64,000 bases of DNA from Minisyncoccota bacterium (GTDB taxonomy: Bacteria > Patescibacteriota > Minisyncoccia > JAHIHE01 > JAGLIN01), in assembly GCA_041661265.1 (NCBI GenBank), contig JBAZUT010000003.1, positions 143,191 through 207,190 of the forward strand. Reading direction: 5' to 3'. The stretch's first letter is position 1, and every line of letters starts with the position of its first letter. The notes beneath the pieces were generated by a model that was not told where the DNA came from, did not search any database, and saw only the letters and a list, made by a program, of their open reading frames with translations. The position numbers and the translations under genes are program-made. Of the stretch, positions 10,056 through 19,785 are shown one piece after another.

Positions 10056-10706
10056 ATGGAACTGTTGTCGCTGGATCTGAACAATAAAGAAAAATATGAT
10101 GACCTTATAAGCAAAGCCGCCTTCTCTTTGAAAAGCGGCAAGGTTTTAGTGTACCCGACAGATACGCTATATGGACTCGGGGCAAACGCCTTTGACGCAA
10201 AAGCGATATTGAATATTTTCAAGATCAAGAGACAAGACCGGAGCAAGCCGATATCAATTATCGCAAGAGATATACCGATGGCAAAAAAAATAGCCTGCAT
10301 AGATTCAAGGGTTGAAAAAATACTGAAGAACATCTGGCCGGGACCGATCACAATAATCCTAAGAAAGAAAGATATAATTCCTCATATACTGACGGCGAAC
10401 GGCGAAACAATAGGAGTGAGAATACCTGCTTTCAAATTCGTAAACGACCTTATGAGCTCGATAGATTTTCCGATCACAGCCACAAGCGCCAACATATCAG
10501 GCGAGAAAAACCTTCTTGCTCCCAAAGATATCTTAAGCAAGTTCTTTCAAGGCGAAAATTGTCCCGATGTTTTTATTGATGCCGGAAAAATTAGAAATCC
10601 GGAGCCTTCAACGATAATTGACCTGACGACTCAAACGCCCAAAATAGTCAGAATAGGCGTTGTCGGTAAAGAAAAAATGCTAGATATTTTTAAGAAATTC
10701 ATTTAG
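10056..10706 (+). CDS. tsaC: L-threonylcarbamoyladenylate synthase (TsaC/YrdC/Sua5 family)
   Basis: The YrdC signature VLVYPTDTLYGLGANAF and ITATSANISGE is present in a 216-aa ORF. Confidence 0.75.
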   Translation: MELLSLDLNNKEKYDDLISKAAFSLKSGKVLVYPTDTLYGLGANAFDAKAILNIFKIKRQDRSKPISIIARDIPMAKKIACIDSRVEKILKNIWPGPITIILRKKDIIPHILTANGETIGVRIPAFKFVNDLMSSIDFPITATSANISGEKNLLAPKDILSKFFQGENCPDVFIDAGKIRNPEPSTIIDLTTQTPKIVRIGVVGKEKMLDIFKKFI

Positions 10707-11902
10707 TGAATATGTCCAATATTTTCGTAGATCACTTTTTAATGCACAGACTGAAACGGGAGATATCGGAGCTATATGCGACTATCACCATCAAGGACTT
10801 TGCATTTTCAATGATGGCGCTTTATGAACCGATTTTCCTGTTCAAACAATTTAATTCGATCTCTGTCGTTTTTTTGTTTTACACGATAGTCTATGGAATG
10901 TATTTTATCTTTCTCCCTCTGGGAAGCAAACTGGCGGCAAGATATGGTTTTGAGCACTGCATGTTTTACAGCATACCATTCGCGATATTTTATTTTTTGA
11001 CATTATCCCAAGTTCCCGGACATAAAGAATTGATCATTCTATCCATATTTCTCGTTACTGCATATAAGATCCTTTTCTGGCCCGCCTATCACGCTGATTT
11101 TGCGCATTATAGCACTTCAGGCTACAGGGGAAGGGCGCTTAGCATGCTATCGTTCGTTTCCACCTTTTCGACGATAATCGGACCAATAATCGGCGGATAT
11201 ATCCTTTCAAGATTCGGATTCGAAGTCCTTTATCTCACAGTATCGATCATAAGCCTTGCGTCAATTATCCCGCTGTTTACTACGAAAGAACAATTTCAAC
11301 CTCACATATTTTCATACAGAAAAGCCCTTGAGCGGATCTTCACTCCCCATGATCACTATAAAAGAAAAGACTTTTGGGCTTATTTCGGCTTTGGAGAAGA
11401 GATCATAGGAGCGGTCGCTTGGCCGATATTCATATTCCTGATAATTGAAAAGTATTACCTTATGGGTATTATCATAGGCATTTCAACTATTGCCCTTTCG
11501 TTTATATCGCTTTACGTCGGAAAACTTTCCGACACACTCGATGTGGGCGGCAGAAAAAAACTGCTCTATTCAGGCGAAGCTCTGAGGTTCATATCTTGGT
11601 TCCTGAGGCCGTTTGCGGCGAATTGGCTCGGTGTCCTGCTCATTGACGTTTTATCTTCAGGTTCGAAGATCGGAATAAATTATCCACTGATGACCTCTGC
11701 CTACAATAAAGGAGACGACCATAAGGGATTTTTGAAATATATGACTTTTTTTGAAATGTCATTGGCAATGGGCAAGATGCTGATCTCATTTTTTGCTTTA
11801 ATTATTACACTCCTATTCGCGGGCTACGACATGTGGCTTAGCCTTTTCTCATTAGCGGGATTCTGGTCCTTATTATTCATTTGTAAATATAAAAAAGCAT
11901 GA
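10706..11902 (+). CDS. Polytopic membrane protein, possibly an MFS-like transporter
   Basis: About 10-12 predicted hydrophobic helices in 398 aa. No sharp family motif was found. Confidence 0.4.
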   Translation: MNMSNIFVDHFLMHRLKREISELYATITIKDFAFSMMALYEPIFLFKQFNSISVVFLFYTIVYGMYFIFLPLGSKLAARYGFEHCMFYSIPFAIFYFLTLSQVPGHKELIILSIFLVTAYKILFWPAYHADFAHYSTSGYRGRALSMLSFVSTFSTIIGPIIGGYILSRFGFEVLYLTVSIISLASIIPLFTTKEQFQPHIFSYRKALERIFTPHDHYKRKDFWAYFGFGEEIIGAVAWPIFIFLIIEKYYLMGIIIGISTIALSFISLYVGKLSDTLDVGGRKKLLYSGEALRFISWFLRPFAANWLGVLLIDVLSSGSKIGINYPLMTSAYNKGDDHKGFLKYMTFFEMSLAMGKMLISFFALIITLLFAGYDMWLSLFSLAGFWSLLFICKYKKA

Positions 11903-12705
11903 CGGACATTCTTCAGTCAATCTTTCTCGGAATCGTGCAGGGGGCTTCGGAATTTCTTCCGATATCAAGTTCCGCTCATCTGATCCTGATACCGAAAATA
12001 TTCAATTGGCAAGACCAAGGCTTGGCTTTTGACGTAGCCTTGCATCTGGGTACGCTGTTTGCAGTTTTGACATATTTTTTCAACGACTGGAAACAGGTGA
12101 TCGCTTCATCGCCGCTATTCAAGATCAATAAATCCCCGAGACTGTTTGATTCCCTGAGATCTGATCCGCTTTTTATTATCATCATTTCAACCATACCCGG
12201 TGCATTATCCGGGATCCTGCTGGAAAAGAATGCAGAATCTGTTTTCAGAAATCCGATCCTGATCGCAGGCACCCTGTTCCTTGGAGGTTTGATATTATTC
12301 TATGCCGATCGAACCGGCAAAAAGAATTCGAACAGCATAACGCTCAAAAAAGGATTAGTGATCGGATGCGCTCAGGCTTTTGCGATCATACCGGGAATAT
12401 CCAGAAGCGGAGTCACCATAGCAGCCGCGCTTATCATGGGATTCGACAGAGTTTCCGCAGCACGATTTTCATTCCTGCTTTCAACACCGATCATCCTGGG
12501 AGCCGGAATAAAAGAACTTCCCGTGCTGATGGAGCGGGGGATCGATGCCGGACTTATTTCAGGGATCGTATTTGCATCACTGAGCGGATATCTTGCCATA
12601 AAATACATGATCAGTTATCTTGCAACGCGGAATTACGACCTATTTGTCGCATACAGGATCATTCTGGCAATATTTATCTTTATTTCATTCATGAACACAC
12701 AATGA
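11899..12705 (+). CDS. uppP: Undecaprenyl-diphosphatase (UppP/BacA)
   Basis: The BacA motifs EFLPISSSAHLIL and GISRSGVTIAAAL are present, with an 8-TM profile. Confidence 0.85.
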   Translation: MTDILQSIFLGIVQGASEFLPISSSAHLILIPKIFNWQDQGLAFDVALHLGTLFAVLTYFFNDWKQVIASSPLFKINKSPRLFDSLRSDPLFIIIISTIPGALSGILLEKNAESVFRNPILIAGTLFLGGLILFYADRTGKKNSNSITLKKGLVIGCAQAFAIIPGISRSGVTIAAALIMGFDRVSAARFSFLLSTPIILGAGIKELPVLMERGIDAGLISGIVFASLSGYLAIKYMISYLATRNYDLFVAYRIILAIFIFISFMNTQ

Positions 12706-12962
12706 ACAAAACCTACATTAACAAGATCGGATGGTTTGCATCATTAATGGCGGTCTTGATGTTTTCATCATACATAGACCAGATACGCCTGAATTTATCC
12801 GGGAATAAAGGTTCGATCATCCTTCCCATTGCCACAACGGTCAATTGCATATCCTGGTCAGCCTATGCAATGCTCAAGGAAAAGAAAGATTGGCCGCTTT
12901 TTGTCTGCAATGCGATAGGAATTGTTTTTGGCGTCATCACTGCCATCACTGCTCTTGTCTAA
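12702..12962 (+). CDS. SemiSWEET (MtN3/PQ-loop) small sugar transporter
   Basis: 86 aa, three TM helices, and a PQ-loop-like pattern KIGWFASLMAVLMFSSYIDQI...ISWSAYAMLKEKKDWPL. The start ATG overlaps the uppP stop (ATGA). This CDS is the in-frame 3' part of the ORF-track entry 12366..12962. Confidence 0.5.
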   Translation: MNKTYINKIGWFASLMAVLMFSSYIDQIRLNLSGNKGSIILPIATTVNCISWSAYAMLKEKKDWPLFVCNAIGIVFGVITAITALV

Positions 12963-13040
12963 GCGATAAAAAAACAGCTCAATCTTCATAATTGATGCCG
13001 TTTTTTTATTCTAAATCCCTTACTATTCGCTTAGCCTTCA

Positions 13041-13436
13041 TCATATTCCTATCTCAAGTTCATCGCGATCCTCCTTGATGCAGGATTTTTTGATCAATTC
13101 GGCAACCAGATGCACTTCTTTATCCGTCTTGAGCCCCAACTCCTGCGGCTTCATCACAAATATTTCGCTTGAAACTGCGCTGTCAAGATCGCTTGAGCCA
13201 AGATGAACTCCTTTTGCTTTTTCAACCTGCACCCGATCTGCAAAATCTCTTATTTTATTGATCACCCTCGACACATTGTCTTCGCCCATCAAATGTTCTA
13301 TATTATGCCTGATGTCGTCGAAATCAATCCTTATCTGATCGCTTCCATTGTCAATCACTATTTCTTTCTCACTAAGAAACTCCATCTCACCTCCACTTGA
13401 TGGATCCGCAAACTCCATGCTGTCTTTGAACTCCAT
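13041..13436 (-). CDS. Hypothetical acidic protein
   Basis: 131-aa ORF with coding-like composition and no recognisable motif. Confidence 0.3.
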   Translation of the reverse strand: MEFKDSMEFADPSSGGEMEFLSEKEIVIDNGSDQIRIDFDDIRHNIEHLMGEDNVSRVINKIRDFADRVQVEKAKGVHLGSSDLDSAVSSEIFVMKPQELGLKTDKEVHLVAELIKKSCIKEDRDELEIGI

Positions 13437-13531
13437 ATATTTGCAACTTATTGATTATTTTGTCTGTGTGCTAAATCCGATGAAATAATAGCATTTTTCT
13501 TCCCAATAATCAAATAAAAAAAGAGTTTATA

Positions 13532-14029
13532 TTATGAATTTATAAACTCCCAGAATATTTTTCTTGCGCGTTCTATGGTCAGATCGGTCATTTTAACACG
13601 TTCTATCTGATCTTTGTTGCGCTTGCCTTTATTATATTCCTCGATCTGTTTATCGTACAAGGGATATTCAGTTTCGCATGTTCTGCCAGTTATCTGATAA
13701 ATCTTATTTTTAAAAATCATCCCCTCCAGCCCATGTTCATCAATCGGCAAAAATAATATAATCGAATCAAGACATACGATCTTCGGTTTTCTGTTGAATG
13801 AACCGAAAATAAACATCTCATCTTCACCGATCTCGTCCGATATTTTTTTTATTTCTGCAGCCGAAAGATCGCCATGACCCAAGAACTCAGCACTCTTCCT
13901 GGCTCTTGATATCAAGCACCAGGACGTATCGTTCATACCATTTTTATTCTGTCCCATTCTCAGACCGAATTTTGTCTTTTTTCTAAAGTGTTTCACAATG
14001 AACTCCAAGCTCAAGATATTCACCTCCAA
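13532..14029 (-). CDS. Hypothetical protein
   Basis: 165-aa ORF preceded by a GGAGGTG Shine-Dalgarno sequence. The true start may be an internal TTG. No family was recognised. Confidence 0.35.
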   Translation of the reverse strand: MEVNILSLEFIVKHFRKKTKFGLRMGQNKNGMNDTSWCLISRARKSAEFLGHGDLSAAEIKKISDEIGEDEMFIFGSFNRKPKIVCLDSIILFLPIDEHGLEGMIFKNKIYQITGRTCETEYPLYDKQIEEYNKGKRNKDQIERVKMTDLTIERARKIFWEFINS

Positions 14030-14129
14030 GGATAAATTTGATAACTAAAACCATTATCAAACAGAGTATCATAGCATATACAGCTTACTATGTCAACCCT
14101 TAGCTCATTCTATGATGAAGTAATTATAA

Positions 14130-14245
14130 AATAATGACCCCAGCTCCGCTACCAGCTTGACTTTACATAACTGGTCCTGTACGGCCAGCGTCGCCGAAGG
14201 CTGACGGCGAGGCGAGTAGGCAAGTACTGGCACCATAATAAAAAG
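14130..14245 (-). ncRNA. GC-rich structured intergenic island; candidate ncRNA or 5' leader element
   Basis: About 115 nt of GC-rich sequence in an AT-rich spacer. It contains the hairpin CGTCGCCGAAGGCTGACG and shares the 16-nt motif TTTATTATGGTGCCAG, read on the minus strand, with the island at 58877-59035. Confidence 0.25.
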
Positions 14246-14256
14246 GGATATCATAT

Positions 14257-14748
14257 TTATTTTCCGATAGTCCCTTCAATAATTACCTTTGCCTCCGCTA
14301 ATGTTATGAACTTTATATTTATCGATGTTTTTTTTGAAAGAATCGGGAATCGTGCCGACTTTGCCTTAAAGTCATCAAATTCTTTCCCTTCTTTCCTTGA
14401 AACAATAAGCACTTCGTTCCTTTTTAGCAGATATGCCAATCTATTGATCTCGGAAGTATCTTCCGTGTGATCTGTGCCAAGGTAGATCCTAATCAGCTCT
14501 TTTTCATTCAAGTCTGTTGCGATCTTTTCGATATCTTCTTCCAGAAGGTCCAAACAGCCCTCTCTTTCTCCTTTTTCATTATATAAAATAGCATTTTCTA
14601 TCACACAGCCTTTTGTTCTGATCATTCCATAGGTCAAACCAAATCTTAACTTCTGGCCCAGATCGAATTTCTTTATTCCAAAGTTTTCCAGAGTTTTTTC
14701 ACCTACGACATTGAACAAATAATTCATTATTTTTTTTCCGATTGTCAC
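14257..14748 (-). CDS. Hypothetical protein
   Basis: 163-aa ORF with no recognisable motif. Confidence 0.35.
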   Translation of the reverse strand: MTIGKKIMNYLFNVVGEKTLENFGIKKFDLGQKLRFGLTYGMIRTKGCVIENAILYNEKGEREGCLDLLEEDIEKIATDLNEKELIRIYLGTDHTEDTSEINRLAYLLKRNEVLIVSRKEGKEFDDFKAKSARFPILSKKTSINIKFITLAEAKVIIEGTIGK

Positions 14749-14933
14749 GATAATCGCTCCTGTTGATCATTGAAAACATTATCAACTAAAGAGTATATCA
14801 TTTAGCTTGCAATATGTCAATATATATAGGGGGCATACCAGCCGAATGGAACAGGCTGCCTAATAGTATTTGCAAGAAAGCTAAGCTTATTGACAAATAC
14901 AGAAAAATGTGATAGTTTCCATGCAGGAGGAAA

Positions 14934-15314
14934 ATGACCGACCAAGATAGAATTAATAATATTGAAGAACTGAAAAAAAATATTCTTGCCGATAAGAATA
15001 TCGATCCCGACAAGCAAAAAGACGCATTACGCGGTCTGGAAAGAACTCATACGGCGCTTTCAAGAACTGACGAATACTACGTAACTCAAAGAAAAATAAA
15101 AAAGATTGAAAGTAAAATGACAACAATATTTTCACTGCTTTTCCTGATAACTTTCTTTGTTTCTGCATGGGGTATTCCGAATGTCATCGCCCGTTCATCC
15201 GACCCGATTTTCTATATAGCAATGATTGCGCTTGTGCTATGGATGACCAGTTCGTCAATTGCGCCAATAATATATAAAATGCAGCAAAAATTATACAAAC
15301 CGAAAAGTGCCTGA
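14934..15314 (+). CDS. Small membrane protein (N-terminal soluble helix plus two C-terminal TM helices)
   Basis: 126 aa. The hydrophobic segments are TTIFSLLFLITFFVSAWGI and IFYIAMIALVLWMTSSSIAPII. Confidence 0.4.
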   Translation: MTDQDRINNIEELKKNILADKNIDPDKQKDALRGLERTHTALSRTDEYYVTQRKIKKIESKMTTIFSLLFLITFFVSAWGIPNVIARSSDPIFYIAMIALVLWMTSSSIAPIIYKMQQKLYKPKSA

Positions 15315-15389
15315 AAGCACTTTTTTTCTAGCCTTAGAATGGTTGACATTTAGCAATAAATATGCTATATTTTTCCACAGAGGTGTTTT

Positions 15390-15788
15390 ATGGCAAAGAC
15401 CAAATTAGAGCTATGTCGCGATCTTGATAGTGTGATAAAAGAAATCGATAAAGGCATAGAAGGACTTCCTGAGGAAACGGGCAGGATAATAAGAAAACGT
15501 CTGGTGGAATCCGTGTATGAAACCGATAAACCTGACGCATATTATCCGACAAGAAATAGAATTATAAACGTGATAATGTATGTACTCACGCTCGTTCTGG
15601 TAATTGAAACGATAGTTATTTATGCTTTGCGTGAATCGCATATGCTGAACGCAGATCATATTGTTTACATATTCGGAGCAACATTTATTTTATTATTTTT
15701 TGTGCCAAACAGTGACAAACTCACAGAAAAAATACTAAGGTCGGATAACTTGACCTTAAGAAAAATATTCATACCGCAAAAAAACTGA
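15390..15788 (+). CDS. Small membrane protein with a topology similar to the preceding gene (possible distant paralog)
   Basis: 132 aa with two C-terminal TM helices. Confidence 0.4.
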   Translation: MAKTKLELCRDLDSVIKEIDKGIEGLPEETGRIIRKRLVESVYETDKPDAYYPTRNRIINVIMYVLTLVLVIETIVIYALRESHMLNADHIVYIFGATFILLFFVPNSDKLTEKILRSDNLTLRKIFIPQKN

Positions 15789-15826
15789 GCCAAAAAAAGC
15801 TCATTTTTTATTATCCGCCAAATTTG

Positions 15827-15910
<84 letters not shown>

Positions 15911-16130
15911 ATGGATAATTCAAAATTTAAATATCAAAATGAAAAGTTATACTTTATTTAAAGGGGAGTTCGATCTGTTTTATCAATATTTTTGATTTTA
16001 ATACTTGCATTTTGCACTTTATGTGGTCCCTTGACATTTTCAAATCATTCTGCCATTCTAAATTTACAATAATTAGCCGGAAATGAAGTCTCAAATGGGT
16101 AACAATATAAGAATATATTAATCTGGCAAT

Positions 16131-16159
16131 TTGTCAATTCATGATATTTATAATATAAT
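16131..16159 (+). promoter_or_regulatory. Sigma70-like promoter upstream of parA that probably yields a leaderless or near-leaderless mRNA
   Basis: TTGTCA, a 17-bp spacer and TATAAT. The -10 element ends 6 nt before the parA ATG. Confidence 0.35.
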
Positions 16160-16165
16160 AAAAAT

Positions 16166-16927
16166 ATGAATATTATATCATTAGTTAACCAAAAAGGAGG
16201 AGTAGGGAAGTCTACGACCACGATGAATTTGGGAGCTTATTTGGTTTTGCATGGAAAAAAAGTCCTGCTCATAGACATGGATTCTCAGGCAAACCTCACC
16301 ACCGGACTGGGCTTCCGTCCGGAAAATCTTGAGAAAAACGTTTATCAGGCCATATCCGGAAAGATAAGACTTGAGGATGCGGTTGTTACAACCTCGCTTC
16401 TTAACCTTGATCTCATTCCCGCGACACCGGACCTTGCCGCAGCAACCATAGAGCTGGTTGAGACTGTTGACAGGGAATATGTTTTTTATAATGCTGTGAA
16501 AGTTATCAGCAGCAAGTATGACTTCGTGCTGATCGATTGCCCTCCCAGTCTCGGGCTTTTGACGGTGAACAGCCTCACGGCTTCGGACAAGATCATAATT
16601 CCGATACAATGCGAATATTATGCACTTGAGGGATTGAAACAGCTGTTGGAATCCATCAATCTCATCAAAGATAATCTCAAAGATAATATACAGATATTGG
16701 GCGCGGTGCTCACCATGTTCGATAAGCGAAACCAGCTGTCGCATCAGGTTGTCAAAGAGGTCAGAAGACATTTTCCCGGACATGTTTTTGATGCGATCAT
16801 ACCTCGAAATGTAGCATTAGCTGAAGCGCCAAGCTTCGGGAAAACGATCCTTCAATACGCCCCCGATAGTTCAGGAGCCAAGGCATACAATTATCTTGCC
16901 AAAGAGGTGATCATTAGAACAACATAA
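16166..16927 (+). CDS. parA: Chromosome partitioning ATPase ParA/Soj
   Basis: The deviant Walker A motif NQKGGVGKSTT is present; the length is 253 aa. Confidence 0.85.
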   Translation: MNIISLVNQKGGVGKSTTTMNLGAYLVLHGKKVLLIDMDSQANLTTGLGFRPENLEKNVYQAISGKIRLEDAVVTTSLLNLDLIPATPDLAAATIELVETVDREYVFYNAVKVISSKYDFVLIDCPPSLGLLTVNSLTASDKIIIPIQCEYYALEGLKQLLESINLIKDNLKDNIQILGAVLTMFDKRNQLSHQVVKEVRRHFPGHVFDAIIPRNVALAEAPSFGKTILQYAPDSSGAKAYNYLAKEVIIRTT

Positions 16928-16938
16928 ACAAAATAAAC

Positions 16939-17817
16939 ATGATGAAAAAAAGCAGCTTGGGAACGGGACTTTCATCTCTGATCCCCAGCAAGATAAACAA
17001 AAATGAAACAGGAAGCGATTCGTCGAAGCATTCTCACGGCCAGGACGAAGTTCTCAAAATACCCATCGAGAATATCGTGCCAAATCCGAATCAGCCCAGA
17101 TATTATTTTGACGAAAACAATCTTAAGGACCTTTCTGAATCCATCAAAGAACATGGCGTGATCCAGCCTATAATCGTAACGAAGATCTCAGATAATAAAT
17201 TCGAGCTTATCGCCGGCGAACGAAGACTCCAAGCGTCCAAATTGTCAGGTCTCAGAGAGATCCCGGCGATCGTAAGAGTGGCCACGAATCAGCAGAAACT
17301 CGAACTTGCTCTTGTCGAAAACATCCAAAGACACGACCTCAATGCCATAGAAGAGGCAAAAGCATATCGCAAGCTTCAGAACGAATTCAATTTGAGTCAG
17401 GATGATGTCGCAAAAAAAACCGGCAAGAACAGATCGACTATTGCGAATATAATCAGACTTCTCGAACTTCCGATCGAGATTCAAAGAGGAATAATTGAAA
17501 GAAAAATCACATCGGGCCATGCTCGGGCCATTTTGGGACTTGATAATCCCGAAAAACAAAGAGCTCTCTATGCCTTAATATTGAAAAACGACCTTACCGT
17601 CAGAGAAGCCGAGAACAAAGTCAGAGAAGTATCAGTTCATGCGCATAAAAGGAAAATCACAGAGAACAAAGATCCGAGGATTCAGGATATCGAGGATAAG
17701 GCCCAGCAGAAACTGGGAACAAAGGTCAAGATCAACAAAAGCGGCCCCACAGGCAGAATATTCATAGATTTTTTTTCAGACGAAGAATTCGACAAAATAG
17801 TGGGATTTATCAGCTGA
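16939..17817 (+). CDS. parB: Chromosome partitioning protein ParB/Spo0J
   Basis: The ParB box IVPNPNQPRYYFDENNLKDLSESIKEHGVIQPIIV and the GERRLQAS motif are present, with an HTH region. Confidence 0.85.
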   Translation: MMKKSSLGTGLSSLIPSKINKNETGSDSSKHSHGQDEVLKIPIENIVPNPNQPRYYFDENNLKDLSESIKEHGVIQPIIVTKISDNKFELIAGERRLQASKLSGLREIPAIVRVATNQQKLELALVENIQRHDLNAIEEAKAYRKLQNEFNLSQDDVAKKTGKNRSTIANIIRLLELPIEIQRGIIERKITSGHARAILGLDNPEKQRALYALILKNDLTVREAENKVREVSVHAHKRKITENKDPRIQDIEDKAQQKLGTKVKINKSGPTGRIFIDFFSDEEFDKIVGFIS

Positions 17818-17900
17818 TATTTTCAAAATCAATTGGCTGAGGAAGTTTAGCTTTATCTGAGTAGGCTTTTTTATTTGACAAAACATATCATAATTTGAGT

Positions 17901-17971
17901 CGGGGTGTAGTATAATGGTAGTACGCGAGCATGGGGTGTTTGTAGCCCGAGTTCGATTCTCGGCACCCCGA
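17901..17971 (+). tRNA. tRNA-Pro (anticodon GGG), provisional
   Basis: CGGGGTG acceptor stem, a short D-arm, an anticodon stem with G-U pairs, loop ATGGGGT (G37), and T-arm CCGAG-TTCGATT-CTCGG. It is 71 nt with no encoded CCA. The anticodon assignment depends on the stem choice. Confidence 0.6.
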
Positions 17972-18008
17972 CTTAGACCATGAGATCTATTTTGGAACTG
18001 GAAAAAAA

Positions 18009-19052
18009 GTGACGATCAAGCATGCAACACATATTCCGCCGAATAACAATGCTCATATGGACCTGCAGATACTATACGAGTTAATTAAAAACGAACCTTC
18101 CTTCAGATTAAAGCAGATCAAAAGAGCTCTGTTTTTTGATGTGATCGAAGATTGGGACCAGGCAACAACGCTGCCAAAGAGCCTCAGGGACGATCTCAAG
18201 GATAAATTTCCAATCTCGATCAAAGCAGAATGCCATGTTTCAAAAGATAATTCAACAACAAAAGCGCTTATCACGCTGGACGACGGAGAAAAGGTCGAAT
18301 CCGTGCTGATGAAGCATGGGGACGGAAGAAACACGGTCTGCCTCTCCTGCGAAGTCGGATGCCCGCTCGGATGCGAATTTTGCGCAACGGGAAAGATGGG
18401 CTTCAAGCGCAATCTTACATATTCCGAGATCATTATGCAGCTCTTATTTTTTGAGCGCCTATTGAAAAAAGAAAAGGGGAGAGTTACAAATGCCGTATTC
18501 ATGGGAATGGGAGAACCTTTTTTGAATTATGATAACGTCATGGAGTCCATACGGACCATGAACAGCGAAGAATGCTTCAACATCGGAGCTCGCCATATCT
18601 CGATCTCCACGGCCGGTTTGACGGACGGGATCGAAAAACTTTCAAAAGAAAAATTACAGGTCAATCTTGCCATTTCATTTCACGCTCCAAATGACGAACT
18701 TAGAAGCCGGCTTATGCCCATAAACAAAAAATATCCGATCGGCGATATCATGGCGGCCGTCAGAAAATATGCGAATGCCACCAAACGGAAAGTCATGTTC
18801 GAATATGTCATGATCAGCGGCGTGAATGACGGCGAAAAAGAAGCGCGGGAACTTTCCAAACTGATGAGACACCGCCTATTCCTCGTCAACCTGATCTCCT
18901 ATAATCCGACCGGCCTATTCAGTCCCTCCGAGGGAGAAGCGATAAAGGTATTCAAAGATATACTTCTGAAAAATGCCGTGAGCGTGACTCAAAGATATAA
19001 ATTCGGCGTCGGAATAGATGCGGCCTGCGGACAACTTGCTTGTAAGAAATAA
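18009..19052 (+). CDS. rlmN: 23S rRNA/tRNA adenine-C2 methyltransferase RlmN (radical SAM)
   Basis: The radical SAM CEVGCPLGCEFCATG motif and conserved MGMGEP are present. The listed start is a GTG; an alternative ATG lies at 18057. Confidence 0.8.
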   Translation: MTIKHATHIPPNNNAHMDLQILYELIKNEPSFRLKQIKRALFFDVIEDWDQATTLPKSLRDDLKDKFPISIKAECHVSKDNSTTKALITLDDGEKVESVLMKHGDGRNTVCLSCEVGCPLGCEFCATGKMGFKRNLTYSEIIMQLLFFERLLKKEKGRVTNAVFMGMGEPFLNYDNVMESIRTMNSEECFNIGARHISISTAGLTDGIEKLSKEKLQVNLAISFHAPNDELRSRLMPINKKYPIGDIMAAVRKYANATKRKVMFEYVMISGVNDGEKEARELSKLMRHRLFLVNLISYNPTGLFSPSEGEAIKVFKDILLKNAVSVTQRYKFGVGIDAACGQLACKK

Positions 19053-19188
19053 ATTAATATGACCGTTTTTTGGCTATAATCACGCATTATTATGACTATT
19101 GACAAACTAATTAAATATGATATCATTAGCTTAATAAATTTTTCCCAGCCTTATATGCGGGGATTTTTAAATGGAATAATAAAACAAA

Positions 19189-19650
19189 ATGGCTAAACAA
19201 TTCATTACGAAAGAAGGATTAGATAATTTAAAGGAAGAATTGAACTATTTGAAAACAACAAAAAGACAAGAAATTGCCAAAAGGATACAAGATGCGAAGG
19301 AGCTCGGAGATCTGAGCGAAAACGCCGAATACTCGGAGGCGAAGGAACAGCAGGCGCTGAACGAGGCAAAAGTATCCGAGATCGAAGAAACTATCAAAAG
19401 CGCAAATGTCATCGACGACAGGCATGCGAAATCAAATGTCGTGCACATCGGATCAACGATAAATGTCAAATGCGGAAAATCCGACCGTACGTTCACAATA
19501 GTCGGTTCAAACGAAGCAAATCCCCTCGAAGGGAAGATATCAAATGAATCGCCGCTGGCAAAGTCTTTTTTGGGACACAAGGCCGGCGACAAGATCACGG
19601 TTGAAACGCCCAAAGGAAAAGTTGTTTACTCGATAATCAGTGTTTCCTAG
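19189..19650 (+). CDS. greA: Transcription elongation factor GreA
   Basis: N-terminal coiled-coil LSENAEYSEAKEQQ and a C-terminal FKBP-like domain; 153 aa. Confidence 0.85.
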   Translation: MAKQFITKEGLDNLKEELNYLKTTKRQEIAKRIQDAKELGDLSENAEYSEAKEQQALNEAKVSEIEETIKSANVIDDRHAKSNVVHIGSTINVKCGKSDRTFTIVGSNEANPLEGKISNESPLAKSFLGHKAGDKITVETPKGKVVYSIISVS

Positions 19651-19667
19651 AAGAGTCCATCTGATAC

Positions 19668-19698
19668 AAAACAGCAGGTTATATAGGCCTGTTTTTTT
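19668..19698 (+). terminator. Rho-independent terminator candidate after greA
   Basis: AAAACAG...CTGTTTT stem followed by TTTTG. Confidence 0.45.
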
Positions 19699-19785
19699 GT
19701 ATCCGGCAACATCATAACATCCATAGGTCAGATTTTTTGACTTTTTTGATCTTGCGGTTATAATTACCAAAAAGGAGGTTGTGAA

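Noticed and set aside
12366-12701. N-terminal two thirds of the ORF-track ORF 12366..12962
   Set aside because: It overlaps uppP out of frame (RSGFCDHTGN…, arginine-rich nonsense). Only the in-frame portion from the ATG at 12702 makes a coherent SemiSWEET-like protein.
14130-14245. Possible SRP (4.5S) RNA
   Set aside because: The region contains a GCC-GAA-GGC hairpin and an UUUAC stretch. It lacks the conserved helix-8 AGGUCAGG...GGAAGCAGC and symmetric-loop motifs, so it cannot be called SRP RNA by eye. It is kept only as a generic ncRNA candidate.
15911-16165. oriC in the AT-rich spacer upstream of parAB
   Set aside because: No cluster of DnaA boxes (TTATCCACA) or DNA-unwinding-element pattern was seen, and dnaA is absent from the window.
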